Below the pieces are notes generated by a model that did no database searches, was not told the DNA's origin, and saw nothing but the letters and a program-made list of their open reading frames with translations. From a virus (lineage: Duplodnaviria; Caudoviricetes), in IMG/VR virus record IMGVR_UViG_3300010354_000105, positions 1-57,369 of that record: a stretch of DNA of 57,369 nucleotides. One strand, written 5' to 3'. Shown piece by piece: positions 37,601 to 45,962 of the stretch (position 1 is the stretch's first letter; every line of letters begins with the position of its first letter). A program made the position numbers and the translations under genes.

Positions 37601-39564
37601 AATCTACCATTTACATTGGCCACAGTGGGCAATATAGGAGTAGCACCATCGATATTAGAATTTACTGTGACAATATTTCTTACAAATGGTTGAGCGTTGG
37701 CTTTGGTAGATTGTTCTCCTACCAAGAAAGGATTAAATGTGGTAGTGTAAGGATTACCTGATCCCACAGACAAAGTTAAATTGCCAGCACTGTCAGTAGT
37801 TGCTGTGCTAGTTTGGCACAGCAAGGTAACAGTGTTGGCCACAGTTGTAAGAGCACTAGTCGAAGGAGTAAAGTTTGCTGTATAGATCGCAGTACCCACA
37901 ACTAATCTATAATTAAAAATATATCCTTGGAGGTTTGAAGTATTGTTCTGTGCTGTGCCAATGGTCAATGTGTCACTGGTCGGTGTTACGGCTGTGCTGT
38001 TATTCCCAGCACCTATTAGTGTGCCATTTCTAAAGAAACACCATGCACTGCCATTTCTAACCATGGCAATGTGATACCATACCCCGGTGGTCACCGATGT
38101 GGTACTACTTTCAGTAAAATCAAAACCACTGCTGGTATTAAAGTAAAATCTCCAATGTTGGTTGGCTATGCTGTCTTGGCCGGGGCCACGAAGTTGTAAA
38201 ATCCACTGACTCGAACTATTCCATTTACCAGTGATGTTGACGTTTACAGCATTGATCCCAGTAAAATACACCCACATTTCCAAAGTAAAACTACCGGATC
38301 CGAGATCAGTTTGAGTAGTTTGCCCAACGCTAAGATAATCACCAGTTCCGTCAAAAAACGTCGAGGCTATGGCGCTGGTTGTTAAACCAAATGGATTTAC
38401 ATACTGTGCGACTGTGTCACCAAAACGTGTTATTGGGAGATTGTTTAGACTACTGTCTATTAGATTATCGGTTTGGCAGGTCAGCAGTGTAGTTCCTGCC
38501 ACTGCTACCAATGGGCCAGTTGGAGGTGTAAAATTTATTGAGTAGACACTTGTACCGTTTACTATTCTAAAATTAGAAACATATCCGTTGAACCAAGATC
38601 CGTCGCCATTTATATTAAAGAAATAACTGCCTAAACTAAAAGTTCCGCCGGTGGTGGCTGTGCCAAAATTAAGAGAACCATTGGCATAACGCAAAGCACC
38701 GTCCACAAACATCAACAAGGTATTAACGCCAGCACGAACTATGGCCACATGATGCCAGGTGTTAAGCCTAATTAGGCCTATTGGCGATGTTACCGGAAAC
38801 CCACTTTGCCATGCCCAACCTCCGGTGCCCATGCCAAACTGCACTTCGCCATTGGTTAATCCAACCCACATTTGATAAAACAACTGCGAGCCACCGGTGC
38901 CTAGACTCATCACAGACCCATTGTTACCTAAACTGGCATTACGGTAAAACCATCCTTCAATGGTCCAGTTGTTGTACAAATTGAGATTTAATGCTGCGAT
39001 AGGTGGTGCCGAAATTGCGTCGCTGTCGCCGTCAAAAAATATAGAATTTGATCTGGTTAGACCGCCGGCATCAACTTCAGAACTCTTTAATAAAGAACTT
39101 GATCCACCAACTGTGCCCCTGGGCACACGAGTTCCTGCAACTGCCCCGGTACCGCCTGCACCAACTGTGACAGTGTGTGTGGCATTTAGATCTAGTACAA
39201 CGTTGCCAGACAAGACACCGCCACCACCACCGCCGCCTCCCATGTCAGATCCGCCACCTCCGCCGGCGCCTACGATCAAGTATTCTACATTTATTTCTTG
39301 TGCTACCCGTAATTTAATCAATCTAGAAATTGACGTAAACCCATTGCTAACTATGACATAAAATGGTGGAGTTTCAGTGATGCCGTACAAATTGGTTGTA
39401 GTTCTTAGATACCCAGTGGCAGAATCAATGGTAATATAATCAGGATTCCCTGACAACGAATAAGTCATAGTTGATCCCGCTGAATCACTGGCCACCACAG
39501 GCATATAACTCAGTGATCCGGCGATTGCCGGTATAGTATAAGTGTATACAATATTATCGGGCAT
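31648..39564 (-). CDS. Giant adhesin-like virion protein (2638 aa): cadherin/He_PIG-like Ig domain, 2 LamG domains, 4 Gly-rich modules and 8 Calx-beta/Ig-like repeats
   Basis: Two LamG copies (FFDG.GD..S, (W/F)T(I/L)E.W.Y, WHH(V/I)A.VR, G.(V/I).N(F/Y)R). Eight copies of .EG..V.(F/Y)T..T.N...GT..(Y/F)W...G.....DF. Confidence 0.8.
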   Translation of the reverse strand: MPDNIVYTYTIPAIAGSLSYMPVVASDSAGSTMTYSLSGNPDYITIDSATGYLRTTTNLYGITETPPFYVIVSNGFTSISRLIKLRVAQEINVEYLIVGAGGGGGSDMGGGGGGGGVLSGNVVLDLNATHTVTVGAGGTGAVAGTRVPRGTVGGSSSLLKSSEVDAGGLTRSNSIFFDGDSDAISAPPIAALNLNLYNNWTIEGWFYRNASLGNNGSVMSLGTGGSQLFYQMWVGLTNGEVQFGMGTGGWAWQSGFPVTSPIGLIRLNTWHHVAIVRAGVNTLLMFVDGALRYANGSLNFGTATTGGTFSLGSYFFNINGDGSWFNGYVSNFRIVNGTSVYSINFTPPTGPLVAVAGTTLLTCQTDNLIDSSLNNLPITRFGDTVAQYVNPFGLTTSAIASTFFDGTGDYLSVGQTTQTDLGSGSFTLEMWVYFTGINAVNVNITGKWNSSSQWILQLRGPGQDSIANQHWRFYFNTSSGFDFTESSTTSVTTGVWYHIAMVRNGSAWCFFRNGTLIGAGNNSTAVTPTSDTLTIGTAQNNTSNLQGYIFNYRLVVGTAIYTANFTPSTSALTTVANTVTLLCQTSTATTDSAGNLTLSVGSGNPYTTTFNPFLVGEQSTKANAQPFVRNIVTVNSNIDGATPILPTVANVNGRLYNVHTITSGNATLTIDQVGTDRIEIFLWGAGGAGGRPGGWGTGSYGGGGAAVRTEITPTLYSRYYVAIGGGGNYNSGAAGGNMGGGSACFNGTDNSYGGGGGGFTALYNSNVYNSQTVLLLAAGGGGGGSSRAGSANRGGAGGYPNRQNGFSPYDGKTSYAGRGGTQFIPGADASSDSANTAGNQALFQGGNSRTNSYGGGGGGGWMGGSGGGYSEANTMGGGGGGSSYSANSPLLVNTAFSNGNLDIPGDVGNYLRTSGGYQAGYGGSNSNGGQNGIAIVRYPIESKYITNFYSVNDQNYSQSRIAQGGGAGATTHDITTTNTPASSGASGGGASGQLSNFGWGIPGQGFTGGFSGGQWYPAGGGGAGNRNVTSADSNQMFSTGLVYNTGGAGVLNTILGRILYWGGGGGGAGYTSYGGNGGLGGGGGGAPRSSLTSTTDGYGDTNGINFAGNGTVGTLNSQTNVPGGAGGINTGGGGGGGSHYNVNNNGGNGGSGIVIARYIGAPWFAGGNISTLGNYTVHTFTSSGFLQGYVFTITPGAQSIFEGESIVYQVSGVNVPNNTRLYYTLRNTSTISSNDIISANGSFTVSSIGSNQVTGSFIFSTVEDLLFEGNETVNLDLRINSVTGFIVAQANTVIVRESLPAPVANISISIPKRVYTEGENVVATVVSNSAIPNGTQLWWTTNGEITSTDLSPSSGTTTFLNNSATIVTLPTIDPDTALERFFINLRTRSFDSLIYKISDPIYIFSTAGTSGVDVTANSIFEGQSVTFTLVTSGLPDGINIFWENVGSTNAADFNDGLMSGNATLSNGSVTVTRTTNFDIVDENTESIVLNFRLISAADLILATSPNVSLVDFGSITITSNVSSVFEGNTVLYTVTTSPNVPNGTVLYWSLSGNVSATDFAGNINSGVAYINNSQTSISIVPALDRYEGVVETMILDIRVSSPSGAIKASADPVQVFDAAPTFTITSNIAGGSITEGSGVRFTITSNNVPNLSTYYWTLGGTLSSADLVGGIASGSIVINNDNAFIDFGVLDDAVAENTEYLSFDLRTDSTSGPIVASAPSIVVNDLILGELLLIGGGGPGGYANGGNHNAGGGGAGGYVSLPVRLAKLTQYYVTIGAGGARPVWTDQGDPVYNGTASSFFSNANVTMYSSGSISTANIVALGGGYGQGGIINAGNYGGNGGSGGGGSGGIYGSPGVAIQNSTYGYGSGNNGGSSNQFGQPGGGGGAGAVGGFGGTSSNRVGGAGLANPFPAAHSTVGQLSGGVYYLAGGGGGTGSVGGVGGGGSATYSTNGCTAGLPNTGGGGGAGGADGNPEQGQAGGSGVAVIRYPGNTVLGTGGNATAIGGYVYHTFTTSGILNLALFTGTISANTLTVTEGNTVGFTVSTTNVSDGSVFYWINTGTTNGVTDFTSASNQGTFTVTNNSGFFTITVANDRATEGPETMVIDLRYGSAGGILLATSQTITVTDTSLTPVYTITPNVATILESGSVSYSITTGNVVPGTTIFWTNSGTTSAADFASGQNSGNVVINGTYASGSASFVVTSALDSATEGSETIIIQLRENSIAGPIVATSSAVTVLDATYSITPSTTTITEGQSVTFTIATTNILPGTVLYWTNAGSTTGSDFSDGLNSGNVTITGTQASGSASITLNTVADLVADPGETIVLQLRINSTSGTVVATAATVTVNDANPIVALDFVIVGGGGGGGKDIGGGGGAGGFWYSVNSGTGSNYSGSKTFYRYGTYTVGVGGGGSGATSTSSRGGTGGNSSISGPGINITALGGGGGAGRLSTPGGGSGGSGGGGALNIGAGAAGSGSSPQGNNGAPGAGDGLGGSGTLNSWGGGGGGAGSAGSGRNGGNGAQSVYGSFFEWTYTLGLTAGGFAGGGAGGTFDNSVQGTVDTNSGGGLASTSGQNVNGGNGVQYSGGGGGGQSSAGSGSGGSGGSGIVIIRYITGSLNITGGTAYVGGSYTYRAFFGGGSFTIN

Positions 39565-42500
39565 TTATATGTTACTCACAAACGTCCACGAAGGTTGTGG
39601 TGCACCAGCGAATCCAATTCTGAATTGTGCGTTGCCGCTGGGACCAATAACTTGATTCGTTCCGACGATGGTTTGTTGCGCTCCATTAAAGTAAACAGTT
39701 ACAGTATTATTTTGAATAACTATGGCTAAATGAGTTATATAACTTGTATTTAAGGGTTGTTCAGTTCTACAGAATAATCGGGTTTCATAGGCTCCTTTTA
39801 CAGGCGAAAAAATATCTAAGGATCTAGGATATACTTGACCAAAGCAAATTTGCAACTGACTATTTAAATAGATATCTAACTTATCGGTGTAATAAAAATT
39901 AGAATTACTCCATAAACTTGTAATCACCTGTATCGGTGATCGTGCCATGGGTCGTATCATCATTTCAATTGTGGTTGGTACAGAACCAAATCCCAACATG
40001 GCCGAAGGCGACGATTCAATGTAATCTTGATATCCGTCGAAGTACACAGCCGGGCTTTCTAAACGTACCACAGGATTAATTGTCACTGACTGTGTTGGTG
40101 TAGTATTACCGGCTGTTAATGTTAATATGTCGTCGTCGTCTAAATACAGTTGTACCAGGTTGTTGGTTATTCCAGACTGTCCAATAACCTGCATGGGCGG
40201 CTGTACAATGCCTTCGTTTATGTATTTTCTTAATCCAGCAAAACTGTTTCTCAATGGTTCATCATTGACCACGTAAAATTTATTAAACGCAGGGTTAATA
40301 TTGCTTATTCTAGAGATGGTGCCAGTGATACCCAATTTATCGGGTATAAATCCGGTTTGCGGACGAATTTTGAATGAAGCCGGTTTTTCAACAGTTAAAT
40401 GAGTAAATTTATGCCTGATGAACGTTCTATTCACACGGGCAAGATACAATTCGTTTACCGGAACCGAAAATCTCGGTACTATCCTGACAGGAATAGGTTG
40501 ATAATAAAATCTTTCTATGTGACTACTAATGGCCATGGCAACGTTAGCCATGGCCAATCTACCCAATCGAGCAGTGTTTCTTAAAGTTCGATCGTTATCG
40601 GTCCTTAGAGTAAACACTTGTTTTTGTAACAAATTAACTCGTTGATCGAAATCCACTGCGGACAAAGTACTTGCTTTAATAACAGGTATTACTTTACCCT
40701 GTGTTTTTAAAACGTTTTCTAAATTAAGACTTACTGCGTCTAAATTAATATTTGTATTAATAAATTGAGATTTGTAAATCGGTTTTAGTAAGTCTATTAG
40801 ATAGCGTTCTTGAGCCGTGTAACTAGATTTTGAAGTTAACGTAGTGACATTAGAAATATTATTTCTTGTAACAGTTGTAACCACATTTGAATCAAGACGA
40901 GCGAATCTTGTTCTCAAAAATTCTATGTCTGTTAAAGTATGAAAATTGCCAGAGATTCTTTTTTCAATCAAAGAAACATTGTCTAATAGGGCGTCAGTTG
41001 ATACACTAAATAAATTTTCCGGTCTTAATCTAAGAGTGGCTTGATCAACTTTGTGGAACAGATTAAATCGGTCAGCCGGGATTACTTTTGTACGATCTCT
41101 ATCAAGTTGAGCGAAAGATGCTGATCCATGCTGAGGATAAACATCGTGCATTCTTCTGAATACCATCTGTGGCTGAATGTACGTGGCTTCACGTCTGTCG
41201 GGCGGCGGCACAAAGAAACGAGGCCCAATTACACTTATTTTGGGCAATGGCGCCAGGTAACTTTCTCTGGTGGCCATAAAGTTTGAAAATTTTGGTTCAA
41301 CTACGGCTCGATCTGCCAAGTTAGTAGGATGGCTTCTTAGTTTCGTTTCTAAATTAACAACGCTTCTTTTGCTTAAACTTAAATTGGTCGCGTCTTGTTC
41401 TTGTTTAAAGATAGCGCGAACACTGAATCCCATGGGATTATTACTGACCCAACTAATGTCAGGTCTTAACGGAAGTGTCTTGTCCCTGTTTAAAAATACC
41501 GGTAATAAACTGCGTGAAGGAGTTCCTTCCTTGAATACATACACTGAACTGGACTTAAATGCACCAAGTTTTAGTTGATTGTTCAAATTAATTTCGCGAA
41601 GTTTTAAGGAATCGCGATTTAAAATTCCTGGCAGTATTCGAGACTCATTGAAGCCTTTGATAACAAACTGACTTCGTTGTGCAAAACTAATATGAGATTT
41701 GGTTACTAGGTCATTGACTTTATTATCCGCTGGCCTTGCATCAACAAAACTGTAATTAATTTTGTCTGTGCCAAGTATTACTTGAGCACGATAAGGAATC
41801 CCAAAGTAAGTACTGATATAATAATTTGCCTTGGGTGAACTTATGTTACCAACAAATGAATTCAATCTAAAATCGTTGATGATTTTATCTTGTGTGTAAA
41901 CTGGACTAGAGCCTCTAGCAAGAATTACAAACTTTTCAGATATTGGATCAGTGGTGTTAATGGTAACAGTTCTAGTCGTACATGCTGCCACTGTGTAAAT
42001 TTTAGTGATACCAGCAAAGGCATCGGTTACTCTTATGTTTTCGCCTACTGCATAAGGCACAACTGCTTGTTCAGGAATATATAAAATCTTGGTTGCGGAT
42101 GTGCTAACAGTAGGTTGAAAAACATCTAAATCATTAATATAATAATTTGCAGTCTCATAGGTTACAGTGCTAACACCTAAGATGTTGATAATCGGCGGAA
42201 AATCGTATGAATAATCAACATAATCAGTTAAATTCCCTGAAACTGAAACTAAATTCGGTGATAGAGTTGATAGTCCTAATATAGCATATGAATTAGCCTG
42301 CGTTGAGTTGTACTCGGTGGGTGTTGAACCTAATTCTAGTTGTGGCCAATATACATTAACAGATCCAAAATTCGATCCTACTGTGTTATCTACTAAAAAT
42401 ATAGTCGACAAATTGCATTGACTGCCAGTGGTAAACGTTGAAACTATTCTAGAAAATGTGTTAGCATTAATGTTAGTAGTATAGTTTGTGGCCTGAACTA

Positions 42501-42918
42501 TATCCAACGAATTGGTATTATCTACTATTCGATAAAATACATTCGCAGCAGTGCCGGATTTAGCATAAAAAGAAAGTGTATAGGTGGTATTAGGCAATAC
42601 CGATATTCTTTGACCAAATGATGTGCTGTTAGCCGTGACTGTAATATTAAAACTGTCATCGTTGTTTCTAAAAACAGTAACGCCATTTGGTAATATGGGA
42701 TCGTTGTCGTATTGATAATAATTAACATTATCAAAATCAGCAGTAAAAGTGGTGTTACCAGTCTGACGTAGCCAATTTGTTCGAGTTAGGTCTTCGGTCC
42801 AGATTAATAAATTAGTATATCTATAAGTAAACACCGGCGTAACATCAAACCCACCGAAACTGGTTAGATGTTGTACTGCATTAGGAGACCCAGGAGCCGG
42901 AAAATTAAGTTGAGGCAT
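39565..42918 (-). CDS. Modular virion protein (1117 aa): CBM-like domain, basic degenerate repeats and the N-terminal two-thirds of a LamG domain
   Basis: CBM-like segment TNLL.WTED...PNTTYTLSFYAK...QLELGSTPTEY. The C-terminal VYFDG..DYI...TIEM.IRP...THLAIV.....VTVYFNG...FRIG is followed by a stop. Confidence 0.7.
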   Translation of the reverse strand: MPQLNFPAPGSPNAVQHLTSFGGFDVTPVFTYRYTNLLIWTEDLTRTNWLRQTGNTTFTADFDNVNYYQYDNDPILPNGVTVFRNNDDSFNITVTANSTSFGQRISVLPNTTYTLSFYAKSGTAANVFYRIVDNTNSLDIVQATNYTTNINANTFSRIVSTFTTGSQCNLSTIFLVDNTVGSNFGSVNVYWPQLELGSTPTEYNSTQANSYAILGLSTLSPNLVSVSGNLTDYVDYSYDFPPIINILGVSTVTYETANYYINDLDVFQPTVSTSATKILYIPEQAVVPYAVGENIRVTDAFAGITKIYTVAACTTRTVTINTTDPISEKFVILARGSSPVYTQDKIINDFRLNSFVGNISSPKANYYISTYFGIPYRAQVILGTDKINYSFVDARPADNKVNDLVTKSHISFAQRSQFVIKGFNESRILPGILNRDSLKLREINLNNQLKLGAFKSSSVYVFKEGTPSRSLLPVFLNRDKTLPLRPDISWVSNNPMGFSVRAIFKQEQDATNLSLSKRSVVNLETKLRSHPTNLADRAVVEPKFSNFMATRESYLAPLPKISVIGPRFFVPPPDRREATYIQPQMVFRRMHDVYPQHGSASFAQLDRDRTKVIPADRFNLFHKVDQATLRLRPENLFSVSTDALLDNVSLIEKRISGNFHTLTDIEFLRTRFARLDSNVVTTVTRNNISNVTTLTSKSSYTAQERYLIDLLKPIYKSQFINTNINLDAVSLNLENVLKTQGKVIPVIKASTLSAVDFDQRVNLLQKQVFTLRTDNDRTLRNTARLGRLAMANVAMAISSHIERFYYQPIPVRIVPRFSVPVNELYLARVNRTFIRHKFTHLTVEKPASFKIRPQTGFIPDKLGITGTISRISNINPAFNKFYVVNDEPLRNSFAGLRKYINEGIVQPPMQVIGQSGITNNLVQLYLDDDDILTLTAGNTTPTQSVTINPVVRLESPAVYFDGYQDYIESSPSAMLGFGSVPTTIEMMIRPMARSPIQVITSLWSNSNFYYTDKLDIYLNSQLQICFGQVYPRSLDIFSPVKGAYETRLFCRTEQPLNTSYITHLAIVIQNNTVTVYFNGAQQTIVGTNQVIGPSGNAQFRIGFAGAPQPSWTFVSNI

Positions 42919-42923
42919 ACCAG

Positions 42924-42930
42924 TATTTAG
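42924..42930 (-). promoter_or_regulatory. Late promoter box variant (CTAAATA), 5 nt before the ATG
   Basis: Plus strand reads tatttag, between the terminator and ATG 42918. Confidence 0.6.
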
Positions 42931-42934
42931 TTAT

Positions 42935-42963
42935 AAAAAAAGGCTGCACTAAGCAGCCTTTTT
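42935..42963. terminator. Intrinsic terminator
   Basis: aaaaaaaggctgc-actaa-gcagccttttt. Confidence 0.85.
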
Positions 42964-42982
42964 GTCCGCACATTAACTCTAA

Positions 42983-45886
42983 CTACGCTGGGACTGCGAA
43001 TCGGAAGTTATTGGTATATGCGTTTGTGGTATTAGCCGAGCTAGCACCAGTGTCTTCCAAACTACGTGTTGACTGGAAGTTGGTACCACCTAGGGTCATC
43101 CTAAAGGTTTGAACCGAACTTGTTAACACCCAGTGGTCTGTGGCTGTTGCTGTGGAATCGTAAAAATCATTGCTGTCAATGGTAACACTGACTGTGTCCA
43201 TTAATGTTCCTAATGAACTTGGAATGATCTTTAATCCATAAATTCTACCACGAATATCCGGATCGTACATTGGTCCTAACACCACAACCGGGCTAAACAT
43301 AAAACGTTTAGCGTTGTAAATGTTGGTGTACACAGGAACCATATGACCCATGTGTGGTTGGAATATGGTGTTGGCCGGGTGTGTGATTGCGCTAGCCGAC
43401 GGTGTACCGGGGCTAGTATAAGATCCGCAACCACCTAATTCAAACAAGTGACCCCAACGACCTGTTGTAATGGTAACAGCACTATATGTATGTGCGTTCA
43501 ATCCTACTAGGTCGCCGGCACTGTTTCTAACTCGTGGAGTTGCCAACACGTTACCATGAACCGCAGTATGGCTGATCGGTGCAGTAGGTGCTTGAGTTGC
43601 CCCAACAGGGAATCTATTTCCGTGGATGTAAGCAAATGCAGGCCATGGACTTACACCAGGAGTACCCGATACCGGAGCACCTGTGTTGATCACAACACCG
43701 GCTGTGGTACCAGCACCTGTTCCAAGATCTTCAGGTTGTGCACGCTCAAACTCAATGACACCTAACCATGCTTGAGGCAAGTTAGCAAATGTCTTACCTT
43801 GTGTAATAAAGTAACGTGGCTTAGCAAACAAGTACAAGAATCCACCTGTGGTATGACTCATATTGGTTAAATCCGTTACGCCGCCCACTGCCGAAGTACT
43901 GTCTGACAAGTTTGCTAGATTAATACCAACACCGTTGGTACCTGCATAAGAAGCAGCCCAACGCTCGTAAACAGTGAAGTTGTAAGCACAACCTGCTGTA
44001 GACAATGCGTTACCTGTGCCCGAGCCAGTGGCCAATGGATAGAATCGGAATCCAAAGAACTTACGATCGTTACTGGTATTCAGCAGAGTCGTACTGGCTT
44101 CTGCAGTCTTGTTAGGAGCACTGTAAACATACTCTAAGAAGTCAGTGGCAGCACTGATTGTGTAAATCAAAGCAGGGTTTGTACCGTTACTGTAGATATG
44201 ATTCTTCAGTGGGTGACCAAGACCAATGGTAGTAGAAACTACAGATGTCACATATGTGTACAAAGGCTGTGTTCTAAAGATTGGTGTTGCACTGGAAATA
44301 GTTCCTGATTGTGCAATGGTTAACGAAGTGTCACTGGCAATCGCGGTGACTGTAAAATACTGACCAGCCATGATAATTTCAGCACCAACGTGCAACTGTG
44401 TGGTAAATGCTGTACCAACTCCAGTTACTGTGGATGTTGCTAATGTGGCCTGACCAGTTATGGCAATTGGTGGACCGCCACCACCTTGAATTTTAATCAA
44501 GTTGTTAACGTTAAAGTTGGTCGCTGATGCCACAACAATACTAGTGTTACCTGCTGTATAAGTTGTACCAGCAGTGGTCAACATTGTTGTTGCTGTTGAG
44601 AATTTATTACCGGTTCCCGAACCTTCACGAGTTCCTTCTAACACATAACCATGCATTTTACGTTTTTCGTATATGGTACTGGTTGTGGTAGTGTGAGTAA
44701 ATGGAAGACTAACTCTAAATTGTGTGGCACTTACGATTTGTGTCACATAAACTTCAGTGCCGTCAATGATCAACTCGTCACCGACTCTGGTTTCTGTTGT
44801 TAGTGCACCATTGGTCACGTTAATTAAACTTTCATCACGATAGAATGGTATGCCGGTCACAGCTTGACGTAGTACGTTAACAGCAGTTCCAACAAATCCA
44901 GTGTAGTCGCTTATTGTAGCCGATGTAGTTGCGCCCGGGACAAAGGTAAAAGTACGTAGTTCGTCGCCAATCCAAACTTGATCGCCGGAAACTAAATCCC
45001 AACTAAAATTGGCATTAGTGCCAGTTACACTAGAACTACCAGCACTGACCGCGAGTGTGCCCCTTGGATAAGCCTTGATTTTTAATCCTGTTCCAGTAAA
45101 ATCCATGGGCTGTGTTAATGTGACACTGGTATTATTATTAATACTAGCAATCACTCTCACACGACCATTGATCTGAATGGTACGACCGGCTACACCATTA
45201 GTGGCTTTAAATATGCTTGTACCTGGGCTAACTGGTGAAGCCAATGTAGTTGTCAGTGTTGCTGCTGTATCACTGGTCACTGTGGCAACAATATAGTAAG
45301 CAGACCCAATCTGTACATAATCTCCAGGAAACAAACCGTTGGCACCACCTTGGCTAGTTACAAAACTGGTTCCAGTTCCAGTAACATTACCACCTGTGTC
45401 AACTGCCACTGTGCCAGTTAAAGCCGAACCAACTGTCACAGAGTTTGTGAGTTCTGCTAAGAAGAACGTGTTTAAACCAGTTACGTTGGCAGATCCGTTT
45501 GTCACAGAAACTGTGCCATTGCAACTTCCGCGCACAGTAACGTTGGCAGTTCCAGTTAATGTTTGGCTAATTAATTTACACTGAGCCGGCACAGTTATGT
45601 CCGGACTAAATCCCGAAGTAACTGTAAAACTGGTGTCAGATGTGATAGCTTGCACAGTTCTAACTTGGTTACCAATGTAGACCACGTCGCCTGCTCTTAC
45701 TTGTGTGCTAAAAAGAGTGTTCACTCCAGTAACTGTGGTACCGGATGTTTGCACTACCCCTTGTAACGTGTCATTTCTTGTCCACTGATCAAACAATGCC
45801 AAAAGAGGCCAATGTTCTGCACCGGTAGTCGAAGGCCCGTATGTTATCGAAGCACTGTTTCTACCAAGTTCATTAAGTGTTGCCAT
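42983..45886 (-). CDS. Repeat-rich tail-fibre-like virion protein (967 aa)
   Basis: About six copies of G..(V/A)....VTG.(N/G)T.F..(Q/E)L..GD.(V/I).IG.....V..I.SDT..T; AGGAG RBS; ATAAATA boxes at 45937-45947. Confidence 0.7.
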   Translation of the reverse strand: MATLNELGRNSASITYGPSTTGAEHWPLLALFDQWTRNDTLQGVVQTSGTTVTGVNTLFSTQVRAGDVVYIGNQVRTVQAITSDTSFTVTSGFSPDITVPAQCKLISQTLTGTANVTVRGSCNGTVSVTNGSANVTGLNTFFLAELTNSVTVGSALTGTVAVDTGGNVTGTGTSFVTSQGGANGLFPGDYVQIGSAYYIVATVTSDTAATLTTTLASPVSPGTSIFKATNGVAGRTIQINGRVRVIASINNNTSVTLTQPMDFTGTGLKIKAYPRGTLAVSAGSSSVTGTNANFSWDLVSGDQVWIGDELRTFTFVPGATTSATISDYTGFVGTAVNVLRQAVTGIPFYRDESLINVTNGALTTETRVGDELIIDGTEVYVTQIVSATQFRVSLPFTHTTTTSTIYEKRKMHGYVLEGTREGSGTGNKFSTATTMLTTAGTTYTAGNTSIVVASATNFNVNNLIKIQGGGGPPIAITGQATLATSTVTGVGTAFTTQLHVGAEIIMAGQYFTVTAIASDTSLTIAQSGTISSATPIFRTQPLYTYVTSVVSTTIGLGHPLKNHIYSNGTNPALIYTISAATDFLEYVYSAPNKTAEASTTLLNTSNDRKFFGFRFYPLATGSGTGNALSTAGCAYNFTVYERWAASYAGTNGVGINLANLSDSTSAVGGVTDLTNMSHTTGGFLYLFAKPRYFITQGKTFANLPQAWLGVIEFERAQPEDLGTGAGTTAGVVINTGAPVSGTPGVSPWPAFAYIHGNRFPVGATQAPTAPISHTAVHGNVLATPRVRNSAGDLVGLNAHTYSAVTITTGRWGHLFELGGCGSYTSPGTPSASAITHPANTIFQPHMGHMVPVYTNIYNAKRFMFSPVVVLGPMYDPDIRGRIYGLKIIPSSLGTLMDTVSVTIDSNDFYDSTATATDHWVLTSSVQTFRMTLGGTNFQSTRSLEDTGASSANTTNAYTNNFRFAVPA

Positions 45887-45962
45887 TTAAATGTTCTCCT
45901 GAATTATTGTATAGACGCACTAAAATCTCTATATTTTATTTATTTATTTTAAATAGCATATA

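Noticed and set aside
31648-39564. The 2638-aa gene as a self-mobile element, intron or intein
   Set aside because: I saw no integrase, transposase, maturase or intein motifs and no terminal inverted repeats. The only junction similarity is ATGCC after an AT-rich stop, and excision there would leave the TAA in place.
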